A stretch of 42,641 bases of DNA, taken from the sequence record DRR378314_1240. One strand, written 5' to 3'. The notes under the pieces were generated by a model, which made no database searches, was not told the DNA's origin, and saw nothing but the letters and a program-made list of their open reading frames with translations. Positions 18,612 through 29,053 of the stretch are shown in pieces (within the stretch, counting starts at the first letter, position 1; every line of letters starts with the position of its first letter). The position numbers and the translations under genes are program-made.

Positions 18612-20107
18612 ATTTTACTCGTCGCGCATTTCTTGCCTCATCAACCGCTTTGGCCCTCGCCCCCGCAGCATACGCAACGGGCGGTGAGACTCCGTTCAGC
18701 AGGGAAGATGTCATTGCCATGGCCCGCGATCTGGCCAGCCGCGATTATGCCGAGCGCGAGATGGTTCCACAGGAATGGCAGGACCTGACGTACCAGCAAT
18801 ATCGCTCAATCCGATTCCGGTTGGACCGTGCGCTTTGGTACGAGACCGAGACGCCCTTCAACGTCGATTTCTTTACCCCGGGCCTGTATTTCCCACGCAC
18901 CGTGAAGGTTTCGACGGTCGAGGACGGGATCAGCACACCTGTCGCCTTCGATCTGGCAATGTTTGACAAATCCGAGGACGTGCCCGAGCTGCCCATCGAC
19001 GACACGCTGGGCTTTTCCGGCCTGCGCCTACGCACCGAAATGCACCGTCCCGGTAAAACCGATGAGTTCTGCGTCTGGCAGGGCGCCAGCTATTTCCGCG
19101 CCATCGGCCTGCACGAGGTGTATGGCCTGTCCGCCCGAGGGCTCGCACTGAAAACTGGCGACCCGGATGGTGAGGAGTTCCCTGAATTCATCCGGTTCTG
19201 GCTGGAACGCCCCAAACCGGGTCAGCGCACTATGGTTGTACACGCCCTGATGGACAGCCCCAGCGTCACCGGCGCGTACCGCTTCGACGTCACCGCCGGT
19301 GCGGATTGTGTGATGAATGTCGAGGCTACGCTGTTTCCGCGCACCGAACTGACCCATGTCGGTATCGCACCCGGCACATCGATGTTCCTGTTTGACCAAA
19401 CCAACCACAGCCGCTTCGACGATTTCCGCCCCGCCGTACATGACAGCGATGGTCTGTTGATCCGCAATGGTGCCGGAGAAGTCCTGTGGCGGCCGTTGGC
19501 AAACCCGACCCGCCTGCAAATCTCGTCTTTCGTAGATACCAATCCGCGCGGCTTTGGTCTGATGCAGCGCAAGCGAGAATTCTCGGACTATGCGGACCTT
19601 GAGGCGAATTACCACAAACGCCCCGGTCTGTGGGTAGAGCCCAACGAAGACTGGGGCAAAGGTACGGTCACGCTGGTTGAAATTCCGGCAGATCAGGAGA
19701 TCTATGACAACATCGTCGCCTATTGGCGCCCGATGCAGCCTTACCTTGCGGGCAGTCAAATTGACCTCTCATATCGCCTGATCTGGGGAGAGGAACCCCA
19801 ACGCACGCCGATGCCGCGCGTGATCAACACCGCGATGGGCGACAATACCTTTGGCGATGGCCGTCTTGCCGTGATCGACTTTGAAGACAGCGATCTGTTC
19901 GATGACCTCGATGCAATCACCGTCTTCGTGGATTCGCCGCATGCTGAAACGTCTGACGGTGTGCTGCAGCGTAATCCCGACACAGGCGGTCTGCGGCTGG
20001 CATTCTCGTTCGAACCGGGTGAACGGAACCACGTGGAGCTGCGCGCGCAGCTGTTGAAAGACAAACAGCCGGCCTCTGAAGTCTGGCTTTACCGTTGGAC
20101 TTCATGA
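18608..20107 (+). CDS. opgG: Periplasmic glucan biosynthesis protein OpgG/OpgD family, with Tat signal
   Basis: ATG 18608 in ATGA. TRRAFLA twin-arginine motif. Motifs QGASYFRA, YGLSARGLA, EEFPEF, DFRPAVHDSDGL and DNIVAYW. G versus D subtype is uncertain. Confidence 0.85.
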   Translation: MNFTRRAFLASSTALALAPAAYATGGETPFSREDVIAMARDLASRDYAEREMVPQEWQDLTYQQYRSIRFRLDRALWYETETPFNVDFFTPGLYFPRTVKVSTVEDGISTPVAFDLAMFDKSEDVPELPIDDTLGFSGLRLRTEMHRPGKTDEFCVWQGASYFRAIGLHEVYGLSARGLALKTGDPDGEEFPEFIRFWLERPKPGQRTMVVHALMDSPSVTGAYRFDVTAGADCVMNVEATLFPRTELTHVGIAPGTSMFLFDQTNHSRFDDFRPAVHDSDGLLIRNGAGEVLWRPLANPTRLQISSFVDTNPRGFGLMQRKREFSDYADLEANYHKRPGLWVEPNEDWGKGTVTLVEIPADQEIYDNIVAYWRPMQPYLAGSQIDLSYRLIWGEEPQRTPMPRVINTAMGDNTFGDGRLAVIDFEDSDLFDDLDAITVFVDSPHAETSDGVLQRNPDTGGLRLAFSFEPGERNHVELRAQLLKDKQPASEVWLYRWTS

Positions 20108-21975
20108 GCCGCGATCTTCATATCATGCCGCCAGAGGCCCCGCTGGCGATGCCAGCGCAGAACTTTGCGCAAGGATTTCGTGACGCGCAAGTGCCTGCGG
20201 GCGGTCGGAAAGTTTCTGCCGGGTTCTGGCGTGCGCTGGCTTTCTCTCCGGCGATGGCCGCGGCTCTGGGCCTGCTCTGGGTCATGTCCGATTGGTTCAG
20301 CGCCGAAGGGATCAATCTGGTCGAAGCCATCCTGCTGACGCTGATCTCGTTCAACTTCTTCTGGATATCCTTTACCGTCTGCACCGTGCTGCTGGGCATG
20401 GTCTCGCTGTCCCGTCAGGAACAGCCAAAACGTGAAGGCCGCCTGCAACCCCTGCGCGTGGCGCTTTTGACACCCGTCTATAACGAGGTGCCATGGAACG
20501 TGCTGGGCAACGCCCGCACGATGCTTGAGGACTTGCAGAAACGCGGTGATCAGCACCACTATGCGATGTTCATCCTGTCCGACACGCGCGACCCCGAGAT
20601 CGCGGCACAGGAACAGGCCAGTGTCGAAGCAATGCGGACAACCTTGGCACCCGGGCTTGAGCTTTATTATCGCCGACGTCCCGCGAATACTGATCGCAAG
20701 GTGGGCAACATTGCAGATTGGGTCAGCCGTTGGGGCGCGGATTGGGACGCGATGCTGGTGCTGGATGCCGACAGCCTGATGACCGGTCGCGCAATTAGAC
20801 GTCTGACCGACGCGCTGGCGCGCGACCCCCGCGCGGGACTGATCCAAAGCTATCCGCAACTAATCGGCGCGCAATCGGTCTTTGCCCGAATGCAGCAGTT
20901 CGCCAATGGCGTCTATGGGATTGCCTTTGCCGAAGGCCTTGCACGGTGGTGCGGGCAAGAGGGCAACTATTGGGGCCACAATGCCATCATTCGCACCCGC
21001 GCATTTGCATCGAGTGCTGGTCTGCCCAAACTGCGATCGCTCAGCGGGCAGGACAAGCTGATTATGAGCCACGATTTCGTCGAGGCCGGTCTGTTGCGCC
21101 GCGCCGGATGGGCCGTGCGTTTCCTCCCGCGTATCCGCGGCTCGTATGAAGAGACACCACCCACCCTTATCGACCACGCCATGCGCGATCGCCGCTGGTG
21201 TCAGGGCAACCTGCAGCACCTGAAACTGCTGGGTTCGACCGGGTTCCGAGCTGTGTCACGGTTCCACATGTTCCACGGTGCAGTGGGATATCTGATGTCA
21301 CCGCTGTGGTTTGCCCTGCTGGTGATGTGGGCACTGATCGGTCAGGGGGAAGAAGCCTCGGTCCTGCACTATTTCAGCCCGGACAACCCGTTGTTCCCGC
21401 AATGGCCCGAGATGTCCGAGACGCGCCATGTGCTGATCATTCTGGTGATGTACGCCATGTTACTGGCCCCCAAAGTTCTGGGCGTGGCAGCCCTGCCCCT
21501 CAGCGGTGTGCGTTATTCCGATTTTGGCGGAACGCGCAAGTTCTTCACCTCGTTTCTATCCGAGGTTGTCCTGTCGATCCTCTATGCTCCCATTCTAATG
21601 GTGCAACAGATGATCGCCGTATTCCGCACCGCTTTTGGTATCCAAAAGGGCTGGTCCCCGCAGGCCCGTGACGGCGGCAGCTATGGGTTGCGCACGCTGA
21701 TCCTGTGCCACGCGTTGGAAACCGTCAGCGGCGTAGCGCTGGGTGTTGGTATCCTTGCCGGCCTGGTTTCGGTCTGGCTGGCCCCGATTGCAATCAGCCT
21801 TGCGCTGGCGATTCCGCTGTCTGCACTCAGCGGCGTATCGGCGGGCGCTGCGCGCCGCATGGTCGGAATGCGTGAAGATTTCAGCGAGCCCGCCATCACC
21901 CGCTCGGCCCGCCGCTATCGAGATGAACTGAAACGCGTGATCGAGGGCAAGGGCATCGTCACCCCGGCAGAATAG
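20104..21975 (+). CDS. opgH: Glucan biosynthesis glucosyltransferase H (GT2)
   Basis: ATG 20104 in ATGA. Motifs PVYNE, LSDT, RKVGNI, LDADS, NYWGHNAIIR, SHDFVEAG and RDRRWCQGNLQH. Confidence 0.94.
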   Translation: MSRDLHIMPPEAPLAMPAQNFAQGFRDAQVPAGGRKVSAGFWRALAFSPAMAAALGLLWVMSDWFSAEGINLVEAILLTLISFNFFWISFTVCTVLLGMVSLSRQEQPKREGRLQPLRVALLTPVYNEVPWNVLGNARTMLEDLQKRGDQHHYAMFILSDTRDPEIAAQEQASVEAMRTTLAPGLELYYRRRPANTDRKVGNIADWVSRWGADWDAMLVLDADSLMTGRAIRRLTDALARDPRAGLIQSYPQLIGAQSVFARMQQFANGVYGIAFAEGLARWCGQEGNYWGHNAIIRTRAFASSAGLPKLRSLSGQDKLIMSHDFVEAGLLRRAGWAVRFLPRIRGSYEETPPTLIDHAMRDRRWCQGNLQHLKLLGSTGFRAVSRFHMFHGAVGYLMSPLWFALLVMWALIGQGEEASVLHYFSPDNPLFPQWPEMSETRHVLIILVMYAMLLAPKVLGVAALPLSGVRYSDFGGTRKFFTSFLSEVVLSILYAPILMVQQMIAVFRTAFGIQKGWSPQARDGGSYGLRTLILCHALETVSGVALGVGILAGLVSVWLAPIAISLALAIPLSALSGVSAGAARRMVGMREDFSEPAITRSARRYRDELKRVIEGKGIVTPAE

Positions 21976-22800
21976 TCAGCTGCCGGGCAACCCTTCGTAC
22001 CAATCCACCATCATGTCGGCCCAACCTTTGGGTACCGTATGACCGCCGGGAAACAGTGCAAATTCCAGTGCGCTGCCTTCAGCGCAACCCATCCAGTTCC
22101 GACGCATGAACTGGCCCGTGGTTGAAAACCCGCTGGGTTTGGTATCAACACATTCATTGGCAATGCGCCAGATCTCCAATCCCGCGAAGATATCACCTTG
22201 ATGGTACATGCCTCCGCCCAGAAGACGGCCCTCAAGCGGCACCACATTGTCGGTCCAGCCATGGGTGTGGAACATCCGAACCGGTCCCTCACAGGCCTCG
22301 GGGTGCGGACGCCAGAAACCGCCAGAAACAGGCACATAGGCCGAGAAGGTTTCGGGCGCTTCGCAGGCGAGATAGTTTACCATGAAACCCCCGGCCGAGA
22401 ATCCACCTAAAACCACTCGATCGCTGTCGATACCGAACCGCTGTGCCGCATCTTCGACCGCTTCGCTTAGAAACGCCGCCTCATCACGATCACCGAAGCC
22501 CGGGTAGAAATTCCAGCTTTTGGTGCCGCCACGGTCGGGCCGCTCCAGGCCTTCGGGCGCCATCACGGCATAGCCGCGCGCGATCAAAGGGGCGACCATA
22601 CCGCGGTTATTCATGGTTCCGCTGCCACTTCCGCCATACCCGTGCAGGAAAACCACCAAAGGCGGGTTGTCAGCGTCCGGGAGTTCGATGTGGTACTCAC
22701 CCGAAGCGGTTTCACAAGTTCCCTCGTCTGGTCCACACGCGGCAAGCGCCGCTTGCCCCGCAACTGCCAAGCAGAACGACACCCAGTAATGCGTCTTCAT
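21976..22800 (-). CDS. Secreted alpha/beta-hydrolase esterase, PHB-depolymerase/LpqP-like
   Basis: Signal peptide, oxyanion LHGYGG, nucleophile GFSAGG, HGWTD (Asp) and GGH (His). Start 22800 (ATG) or 22803 (GTG). Confidence 0.82.
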   Translation of the reverse strand: MKTHYWVSFCLAVAGQAALAACGPDEGTCETASGEYHIELPDADNPPLVVFLHGYGGSGSGTMNNRGMVAPLIARGYAVMAPEGLERPDRGGTKSWNFYPGFGDRDEAAFLSEAVEDAAQRFGIDSDRVVLGGFSAGGFMVNYLACEAPETFSAYVPVSGGFWRPHPEACEGPVRMFHTHGWTDNVVPLEGRLLGGGMYHQGDIFAGLEIWRIANECVDTKPSGFSTTGQFMRRNWMGCAEGSALEFALFPGGHTVPKGWADMMVDWYEGLPGS

Positions 22801-23270
22801 CACGTCCCCTCTGAAAAAGCCTCAACCGGCAACCCGGCGCGCACCCAACCCGGCCCGGCGGCCGAGCCAAGCATCCCCTCGGGCACGTCAATGACATTTG
22901 TAAAACCAGCTTTGGTCAGTTGATTGCTCAACCGTGCCGACCGGACCCCACGGGCACAGATCAACGCAATAGGAGCCGATGTATTGCCATCCGTCAGTTG
23001 CGCCAGCGCTTGCACGAAATCCTCGCGACGCATGTCCAGCGGCTGTGCGCCCTGACCGATGCCCGTAGCGCGCCATTCACGCGGAGTGCGAATATCCACC
23101 AAAAGAATGTCCCCCGCTACTGCCTTCTGATGGGCCTTGGCGACATCCAGTTGATCGCCCGAATAATCCTGCGGAATCAACCGGTATTCGCGTATCGCGA
23201 ATCCCGCGCCAATGGCAGCGATTCCGCCCAGCACAACCCACCTTCGGGTACGGTTATTCGTATCCGCCAT
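22800..23270 (-). CDS. Rhodanese-domain protein with N-terminal RR plus hydrophobic segment
   Basis: Motifs LVDIRTPREW, active loop ICARGVRS and GMLG...W..AGLP. AGGAG SD. Confidence 0.85.
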   Translation of the reverse strand: MADTNNRTRRWVVLGGIAAIGAGFAIREYRLIPQDYSGDQLDVAKAHQKAVAGDILLVDIRTPREWRATGIGQGAQPLDMRREDFVQALAQLTDGNTSAPIALICARGVRSARLSNQLTKAGFTNVIDVPEGMLGSAAGPGWVRAGLPVEAFSEGT

Positions 23271-23509
23271 ACGGCGCTCTCCTGCAGTAACAGGTTGTAT
23301 TTATCACACGCAAAATCGTAGCGCTTTCGGGAAATTCGACCACCAGATCAAGTTCACGTCATTATCTCGCTGGTAAATAACACCAAAGCAGGTAACTCCT
23401 ACCCAATATGTGTCCTTTAAAACCTTTCAAAACCTTGCAATTTCCGAGCAGTCAATAAATTATCCCTAGCAAATCAGTCATCTTGACCGCCCAGATCGGA
23501 GTATCGCAC

Positions 23510-26380
23510 TTGTCCCTATTCCTTATCGCGGCCCTTCCCTTCCTCGGAGCTGTCTTTCCAGCCCTGCTGATCCGGGCAGGACGAAACGCAGCGGCATCGG
23601 CGGCGGGTTTGACCACGTTCCTGGCTCTTATGGGATTGCTGATCCACATCCCAAGTGTGATGCGCGGAGACGTGGTGACCGCGCGGTTCGACTGGATACC
23701 GGAGCTGGGCCTGAACGCAAATTTCATGCTCGACGGGCTGGGGTTTCTGTTTGCGCTGCTGATCCTTGGCATTGGCCTGCTGATAATCCTGTATGCCCGG
23801 TTCTACCTGTCACGCGAAGATCCGATGGGGCAGTTCTATACCTATTTGTTGCTGTTTCAGGGTGCGATGGTCGGGATCGTCCTATCGGACAATATCCTTC
23901 TTTTGCTTATTTTCTGGGAGCTTACGTCACTCAGTTCATTTCTTCTAATCGGATATTGGAAGCACCTGCCCGAGGGGCGGCAAGGAGCGCGCATGGCGCT
24001 GGCTGTTACCGGATCAGGTGGTCTTGCTATGATCGCCGGAATGCTGATCCTGGGCAACATCGTAGGGTCCTATGACCTGAGCGTTATCCTGCAAAACAAA
24101 GAGCTGATACAGACCTCGCCCTACTATCTGCCAGCACTGATCCTGATCCTGCTGGGGTGTTTCACCAAGTCGGCGCAGTTCCCATTCCATTTCTGGCTGC
24201 CACACGCCATGGCCGCGCCTACCCCGGTTTCGGCCTATCTGCACTCGGCCACCATGGTGAAGGCCGGGCTGTTCCTGATGGCGCGGATGTGGCCCGTGCT
24301 AGCGGGCACCGATGCTTGGTTCTATATCGTGGCGACGACCGGACTGGTCACCATGCTGCTGGGCGCGGTGATTGCATTGTTCAAAGATGATCTTAAGGCG
24401 TTGCTGGCGTTTTCGACGGTCTCTCATCTGGGTCTGGTGACGATGCTGCTGGGCTTTGGCACAAAGATTGCAGCGGTTGCCGCCATCTTCCACATCATCA
24501 ACCATGCGACCTTCAAGGCCGCCCTCTTCATGACCGCCGGTATCATTGACCACGAAACCGGGACGCGTGATATCAAACGACTGGGTGGGCTGCGCCACTT
24601 GATGCCAATCACCTTTACCATCGGCACCATCGCAGCCCTGTCGATGGCTGGGCTGCCACCGCTGAACGGGTTCCTCTCGAAAGAGATGATGCTTGAAGAG
24701 ACGGTTCACACCACCTGGCTGCATTCGCACTATCTGGTGCCAGGGCTGGCGCTGCTGGCAGCACTATTCTCTGCAGCCTATTCCTTCCGCTTTGTCGGTC
24801 ACGTGTTCCTGGGGCCTGCGCAGGAAGACTATCCCGCGCATCCACATGACCCGCCTGTTGGTCTTTGGCTGGCCCCAGCCTTCCTTGTGGTCCTGGTTGT
24901 TGTGATCGGCCTTTATTCGGCGGCCATCGTCGGCCCGCTGGTCGCGGTTGTATCCAGTGCCGTGATCGGTGGCGAAAAGCTGCCCTATTATTCACTGAAG
25001 CTGTGGCACGGCTTCACGCCCGCGCTTTATATGTCCGCGGTCGCGACGTTGGGCGGCCTGTTCCTGTTGTCGCTGCACAAACGTGGTGAACGGCTTTGGA
25101 ATGCGCTGCCGCGACCCGAGGCTAAGGTGATATTCGAGGCGATCATCGGGGCACTGACCCGCATCAGCCGTTGGTTTACAGATGAGCTGCATAATGGCGT
25201 GATCAGCCGCTACGCCATCATCTTTGTCGCATTCACGGTCGGGCTGGGCTACTACGCCTACTCGACTGGTACAATTGGTGTTGAAACGCGCATTCCACTG
25301 CCAGCGCAACCGATCCCGATTGTGGGCTGGATTTGCCTTGTGGGTGCGACGCTGGCGATCATGTGGTTCCACCGCAACCGGCTGCTTTCGCTGGTGTTGA
25401 TCGGAGTGGTTGGCCTGATCGTTTCCATGGCCTTCAACTACCTCTCGGCGCCTGATCTGGCGCTAACCCAGATCTCGGTCGAGGTGGTGACGATGATCTT
25501 GCTGCTGCTTTCGTTGAACTTCCTACCGACCGAAACACCATGGGACAGCAGCGCCGCCCGCCGCTGGCGCGATGCCGCGATTTCTGTTGTCGCCGGTATC
25601 GGATCGGGTGCGTTGATCTACGCACTGATGATGCGGGATTTCGCCTTTCCCACCATTTCAGAGTTCCATTTGGCCAACTCGTACAAAGGCGGCGGGGGCA
25701 CCAACGTCGTGAATGTGATCCTCGTCGACTTCCGGGGCTTTGATACCTTTGGCGAGATCATCGTGTTGGGTATCGCCGCGCTAATCATCTTCGCCCTGAC
25801 CGAGTCGGTACTGGGCACCAACGTGCGCGGCTACTTGCTGAACCGCAAACCGCATTGGCCGCAATCGGGCGACTCGCACCCGCTGATGATGGTTGTCGCC
25901 ACGCGGGTTATGATGCCCATCGCCCTTATGGTTGGCGCCTACATCTTCTTCCGCGGCCATAACCAGCCCGGAGGCGGATTTATCGCAGGCCTCATCGTCG
26001 CCATCGCCTATCTGATGCAATACATGGCAAGCGGGTACACATGGGCCATCGAACGGCAGCGGTTCTATTATCATGGTACCATCGGCTGGGGCGTTTTGAT
26101 TGCCGCCGCCACCGGTCTGGGTGCTTGGTTCAATGATCGTCCGTTCCTGACCAGTGATTTCGGGTATATCCACTGGCCCCCGCTGGAAGAGTTCGAATGG
26201 GCCACCGCAATTCTGTTCGATACCGGCGTCTTCCTCGCGGTATTGGGTGCTGTGATGCTGGCACTCGACAGCCTGTCGCGCTTTGCTTGGCAGCCAGGTA
26301 TGGCACAGGAGTTCCCGATGGATATCAACCCTCTGCGGGACGACCCTCCTGAAGAAGAACAAGATAAGGAGCAGGTCTGA
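23510..26380 (+). CDS. phaA: Multisubunit Na+(K+)/H+ antiporter subunit A/B fusion (Mrp/Pha)
   Basis: TTG 23510 after GGAG. Motifs FWELTS, TKSAQFPFHFWLPHAMAAPTPVSAYLHSATMVKAG, NVILVDFRGFDT and the MrpB motif GHNQPGGGF. Confidence 0.94.
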   Translation: MSLFLIAALPFLGAVFPALLIRAGRNAAASAAGLTTFLALMGLLIHIPSVMRGDVVTARFDWIPELGLNANFMLDGLGFLFALLILGIGLLIILYARFYLSREDPMGQFYTYLLLFQGAMVGIVLSDNILLLLIFWELTSLSSFLLIGYWKHLPEGRQGARMALAVTGSGGLAMIAGMLILGNIVGSYDLSVILQNKELIQTSPYYLPALILILLGCFTKSAQFPFHFWLPHAMAAPTPVSAYLHSATMVKAGLFLMARMWPVLAGTDAWFYIVATTGLVTMLLGAVIALFKDDLKALLAFSTVSHLGLVTMLLGFGTKIAAVAAIFHIINHATFKAALFMTAGIIDHETGTRDIKRLGGLRHLMPITFTIGTIAALSMAGLPPLNGFLSKEMMLEETVHTTWLHSHYLVPGLALLAALFSAAYSFRFVGHVFLGPAQEDYPAHPHDPPVGLWLAPAFLVVLVVVIGLYSAAIVGPLVAVVSSAVIGGEKLPYYSLKLWHGFTPALYMSAVATLGGLFLLSLHKRGERLWNALPRPEAKVIFEAIIGALTRISRWFTDELHNGVISRYAIIFVAFTVGLGYYAYSTGTIGVETRIPLPAQPIPIVGWICLVGATLAIMWFHRNRLLSLVLIGVVGLIVSMAFNYLSAPDLALTQISVEVVTMILLLLSLNFLPTETPWDSSAARRWRDAAISVVAGIGSGALIYALMMRDFAFPTISEFHLANSYKGGGGTNVVNVILVDFRGFDTFGEIIVLGIAALIIFALTESVLGTNVRGYLLNRKPHWPQSGDSHPLMMVVATRVMMPIALMVGAYIFFRGHNQPGGGFIAGLIVAIAYLMQYMASGYTWAIERQRFYYHGTIGWGVLIAAATGLGAWFNDRPFLTSDFGYIHWPPLEEFEWATAILFDTGVFLAVLGAVMLALDSLSRFAWQPGMAQEFPMDINPLRDDPPEEEQDKEQV

Positions 26381-26739
26381 TGGAAGCGCTCGTAGCCTCT
26401 GCAGTTGGCGTCATGACTGCCGCCGGGATTTTCCTGATCTTGCGTCGACGGACGTTCCCCGTGATTCTTGGCCTGTCATTGCTGACCTATGCCGTGAACG
26501 TGTTCCTGTTTGCCACGGGCCGGTTGGCGCTGAACGCGCCAGCCGTTTTGAACAAGTACGAAGACGTGCCCTATACCGATCCGCTTCCGCAGGCGCTGGT
26601 TCTGACGGCCATCGTAATCTCATTCGGGATGACAGCGGTCATCGTCATGATCGCACTTTCGGCCTATCTGTCCTCGAAAGATGACCATATCGACATGAGC
26701 GCAAGCGACAGCGTGGACGCGCCGGGAGAAGACGCATGA
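26380..26739 (+). CDS. phaC: Mrp/Pha antiporter subunit C
   Basis: DPLPQALVLTAIVISF signature. Confidence 0.95.
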   Translation: MEALVASAVGVMTAAGIFLILRRRTFPVILGLSLLTYAVNVFLFATGRLALNAPAVLNKYEDVPYTDPLPQALVLTAIVISFGMTAVIVMIALSAYLSSKDDHIDMSASDSVDAPGEDA

Positions 26740-28283
26740 ACCACTGGATCGTTGCGCCGATCGTCCTTCCCGCGATCCTGGCCCCGTTCATCATCATGGT
26801 CCTGCGATACCATCTGGACCTGCAGCGCATCTTTTCGGTTGCGGGTGTAGTGGCGCTGTTGGGCATCGCGTTGACCATTACTGCGCAGGCCACGACCGGG
26901 GAAATCCAAGTCTATGAGCTTGGTGATTGGCCTGCTCCATTCGGCATCGTGCTGGTGCTGGACCGGATGTCGGCGATGATGGTTTTGTTGACCGCGTTGC
27001 TGGCCCTGCCAATTGTGCTTTACGCTATCGGATCGGGATGGGATGACAGGGGCAAGCATTTCCATGCCTTATTCCATTTCCAGCTCATGGGCGTGTGCGG
27101 AGCCTTTCTGACCGGCGACGCCTTCAACCTGTTCGTTTTCTTCGAAGTTCTGCTGATCGCGTCCTATGGTCTGATGACCCATGGGGGCGGTGCTGTGCGA
27201 CTGAAAGCCGGTGTGCAATACGTCACCTATAACTTGCTGGCATCGACCTTGTTCCTGTTTGCGCTCGGGACAATCTATTCTGTGACCGGCACACTCAACA
27301 TGGCTGATCTTGCCGTACGCGTGGCAGAAATTCCACCGGAAGACACGGCCCTTCTACGCGTGGGTGCTGTGCTGTTGTTGTTGGTCTTCTGCGTCAAGGC
27401 CGCCGTGCTGCCCCTGCATTTCTGGCTGCCCGCAAGCTACGCCAATGCGCCGCTGCCTGTGGCCGCTTTGTTCGCGATCATGACCAAGGTTGGTGCCTAT
27501 TCTATCCTGCGGGTCTACACTCTCGCCTTCGGTCCAGACGTTGCCGTGACCGAAGGGCTGGTCGGCGCATGGCTGCAGCCTGCGGCGCTGGTAACACTAG
27601 CGGTCGGGGCCATTGGCATCCTGGGTTCGCAGCATATCGCACGCATGGTCGCCTTCTGCGCCATCACCTCGATGGGTACGCTTTTGGTTGCCATCTCGCT
27701 ATTCAGCGAAGTCGCAACAGCTGCGGCGTTGTATTACATTTACCACTCAACCCTTGCCACAGCGTTGTTATTCCTTGTGGCGGACATGGTAATGGAACGT
27801 CGTGGTGGGGCTATCACTCCGACGAATCCGATGCCTCAAACTGGTTTGATTGCGGCTTTGTTCTTTGTTGGCGGAATTGCGATGGCCGGTATGCCGCCAC
27901 TTTCTGGCTTTGTCGGCAAGCTGCTTGTTTTGGACGCCTCTAGGAATGCTCCGGATGCAAATGCAGTCTGGGCGGTTATTCTGATCGGATCGTTTATTAC
28001 CATCGTCGGGCTGGCCCGCGCGGGAACACTGATATTCTGGAAATGCTATGATGCGCAGGTCGTTCCACCTGTTGAAGCTGAACGCGATGAGGACGCTGAA
28101 ACCGCGCAGGCAGCACCCGAGCCGCACCCGGGCCTTGCCTTCACTGCGGTCTTTGGCGCAGTTCTTGGCCTTGTTCTGCTGACGCTGTTTGCGGGCCCTG
28201 CCCTGGAGTATACCAACAAGACGGCAGAACAATTGTTTACACCCGAGAACTACATCTCGGCCGTGCTGGGGAGGGAAGAATGA
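26736..28283 (+). CDS. phaD: Mrp/Pha antiporter subunit D
   Basis: Motifs WPAPFGI, GDAFNLFVFFEV, HFWLPASY, TKVG and GMPPLSGF. Confidence 0.95.
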   Translation: MNHWIVAPIVLPAILAPFIIMVLRYHLDLQRIFSVAGVVALLGIALTITAQATTGEIQVYELGDWPAPFGIVLVLDRMSAMMVLLTALLALPIVLYAIGSGWDDRGKHFHALFHFQLMGVCGAFLTGDAFNLFVFFEVLLIASYGLMTHGGGAVRLKAGVQYVTYNLLASTLFLFALGTIYSVTGTLNMADLAVRVAEIPPEDTALLRVGAVLLLLVFCVKAAVLPLHFWLPASYANAPLPVAALFAIMTKVGAYSILRVYTLAFGPDVAVTEGLVGAWLQPAALVTLAVGAIGILGSQHIARMVAFCAITSMGTLLVAISLFSEVATAAALYYIYHSTLATALLFLVADMVMERRGGAITPTNPMPQTGLIAALFFVGGIAMAGMPPLSGFVGKLLVLDASRNAPDANAVWAVILIGSFITIVGLARAGTLIFWKCYDAQVVPPVEAERDEDAETAQAAPEPHPGLAFTAVFGAVLGLVLLTLFAGPALEYTNKTAEQLFTPENYISAVLGREE

Positions 28284-28780
28284 TCAAGCTGCTGCACCGG
28301 ATATTTCCCCACCCTCACCTGACCATTCTGCTGACGATTGTCTGGGTACTGCTGGCAAACAAACCGTCACTGAATTCGCTGGTGTTCGGGTTGCTTCTGG
28401 GGGTCATTATTCCTTTCATCACGCAGCCCTACTGGCCCGACCGACCCAAGCTGCGCAATTGGCCGATGGTCATTGAATACATGCTAGTGGTTTTGTGGGA
28501 CATCGTGATAGCAAACATAACGGTTGCCCGGATCATCCTGTTCAAACGGGATGCCGATCGTCAGCCCGCATTTGTCAGCATTCCGCTGGAACTGAGAACG
28601 CCCGAGGCGATCACAGTGCTTGCTGGCACGATCACCATGACGCCGGGCACCGTCAGTTGCGACTTGTCTGCACAAGGGCATAACCTGCTGGTTCACTGCC
28701 TGGACGCGCCAAACCCCGAAGACGTGCGGGATGAAATCAAGCACCGCTACGAGCGTCGCCTCAAGGAGATTTTCGAATGA
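28280..28780 (+). CDS. phaE: Mrp/Pha antiporter subunit E
   Basis: Motifs ITMTPGTVS, LLVH and IKHRYE. ATGA coupling. Confidence 0.93.
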   Translation: MIKLLHRIFPHPHLTILLTIVWVLLANKPSLNSLVFGLLLGVIIPFITQPYWPDRPKLRNWPMVIEYMLVVLWDIVIANITVARIILFKRDADRQPAFVSIPLELRTPEAITVLAGTITMTPGTVSCDLSAQGHNLLVHCLDAPNPEDVRDEIKHRYERRLKEIFE

Positions 28781-29046
28781 TCGAATATGCGATTTCCTTT
28801 GCATTTGTCTGTTTCGGAGCGGCAATCATGATGTGTCTGTGGCGGATCATCACCGCAGATGGCGTTGGCACTCGCGTGTTGGCATTGGATACGATGGTGA
28901 TCAATACCATCGCCCTGATGATCCTTTACGGCCTGAGATTGGGCACAGAGATTTTCTTTGAGGCCGCCATGATCATCGCCATGCTGGGCTTTGTTTCAAC
29001 CGTTGCCTATGCGCGCTTTATGCTGCGCGGCAATATCATCGAGTGA
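28777..29046 (+). CDS. phaF: Mrp/Pha antiporter subunit F
   Basis: 89 aa, 3 TM. Motifs RVLALD and GFVSTVA. Confidence 0.92.
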   Translation: MIEYAISFAFVCFGAAIMMCLWRIITADGVGTRVLALDTMVINTIALMILYGLRLGTEIFFEAAMIIAMLGFVSTVAYARFMLRGNIIE

Positions 29047-29053
29047 GGGCAGT

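Noticed and set aside
15264..20859. Long minus-strand ORFs (15264-15938, 15945-16772, 19028-19759, 20089-20859)
   Set aside because: Typical GC-rich antisense shadows of well-supported genes. They also show that long antisense ORFs alone are not evidence of function.
23271..23509. AT-rich region before the pha operon as a possible Na+/pH riboswitch or foreign DNA
   Set aside because: No recognisable RNA motif or strong hairpin. Consistent with an ordinary divergent promoter region.
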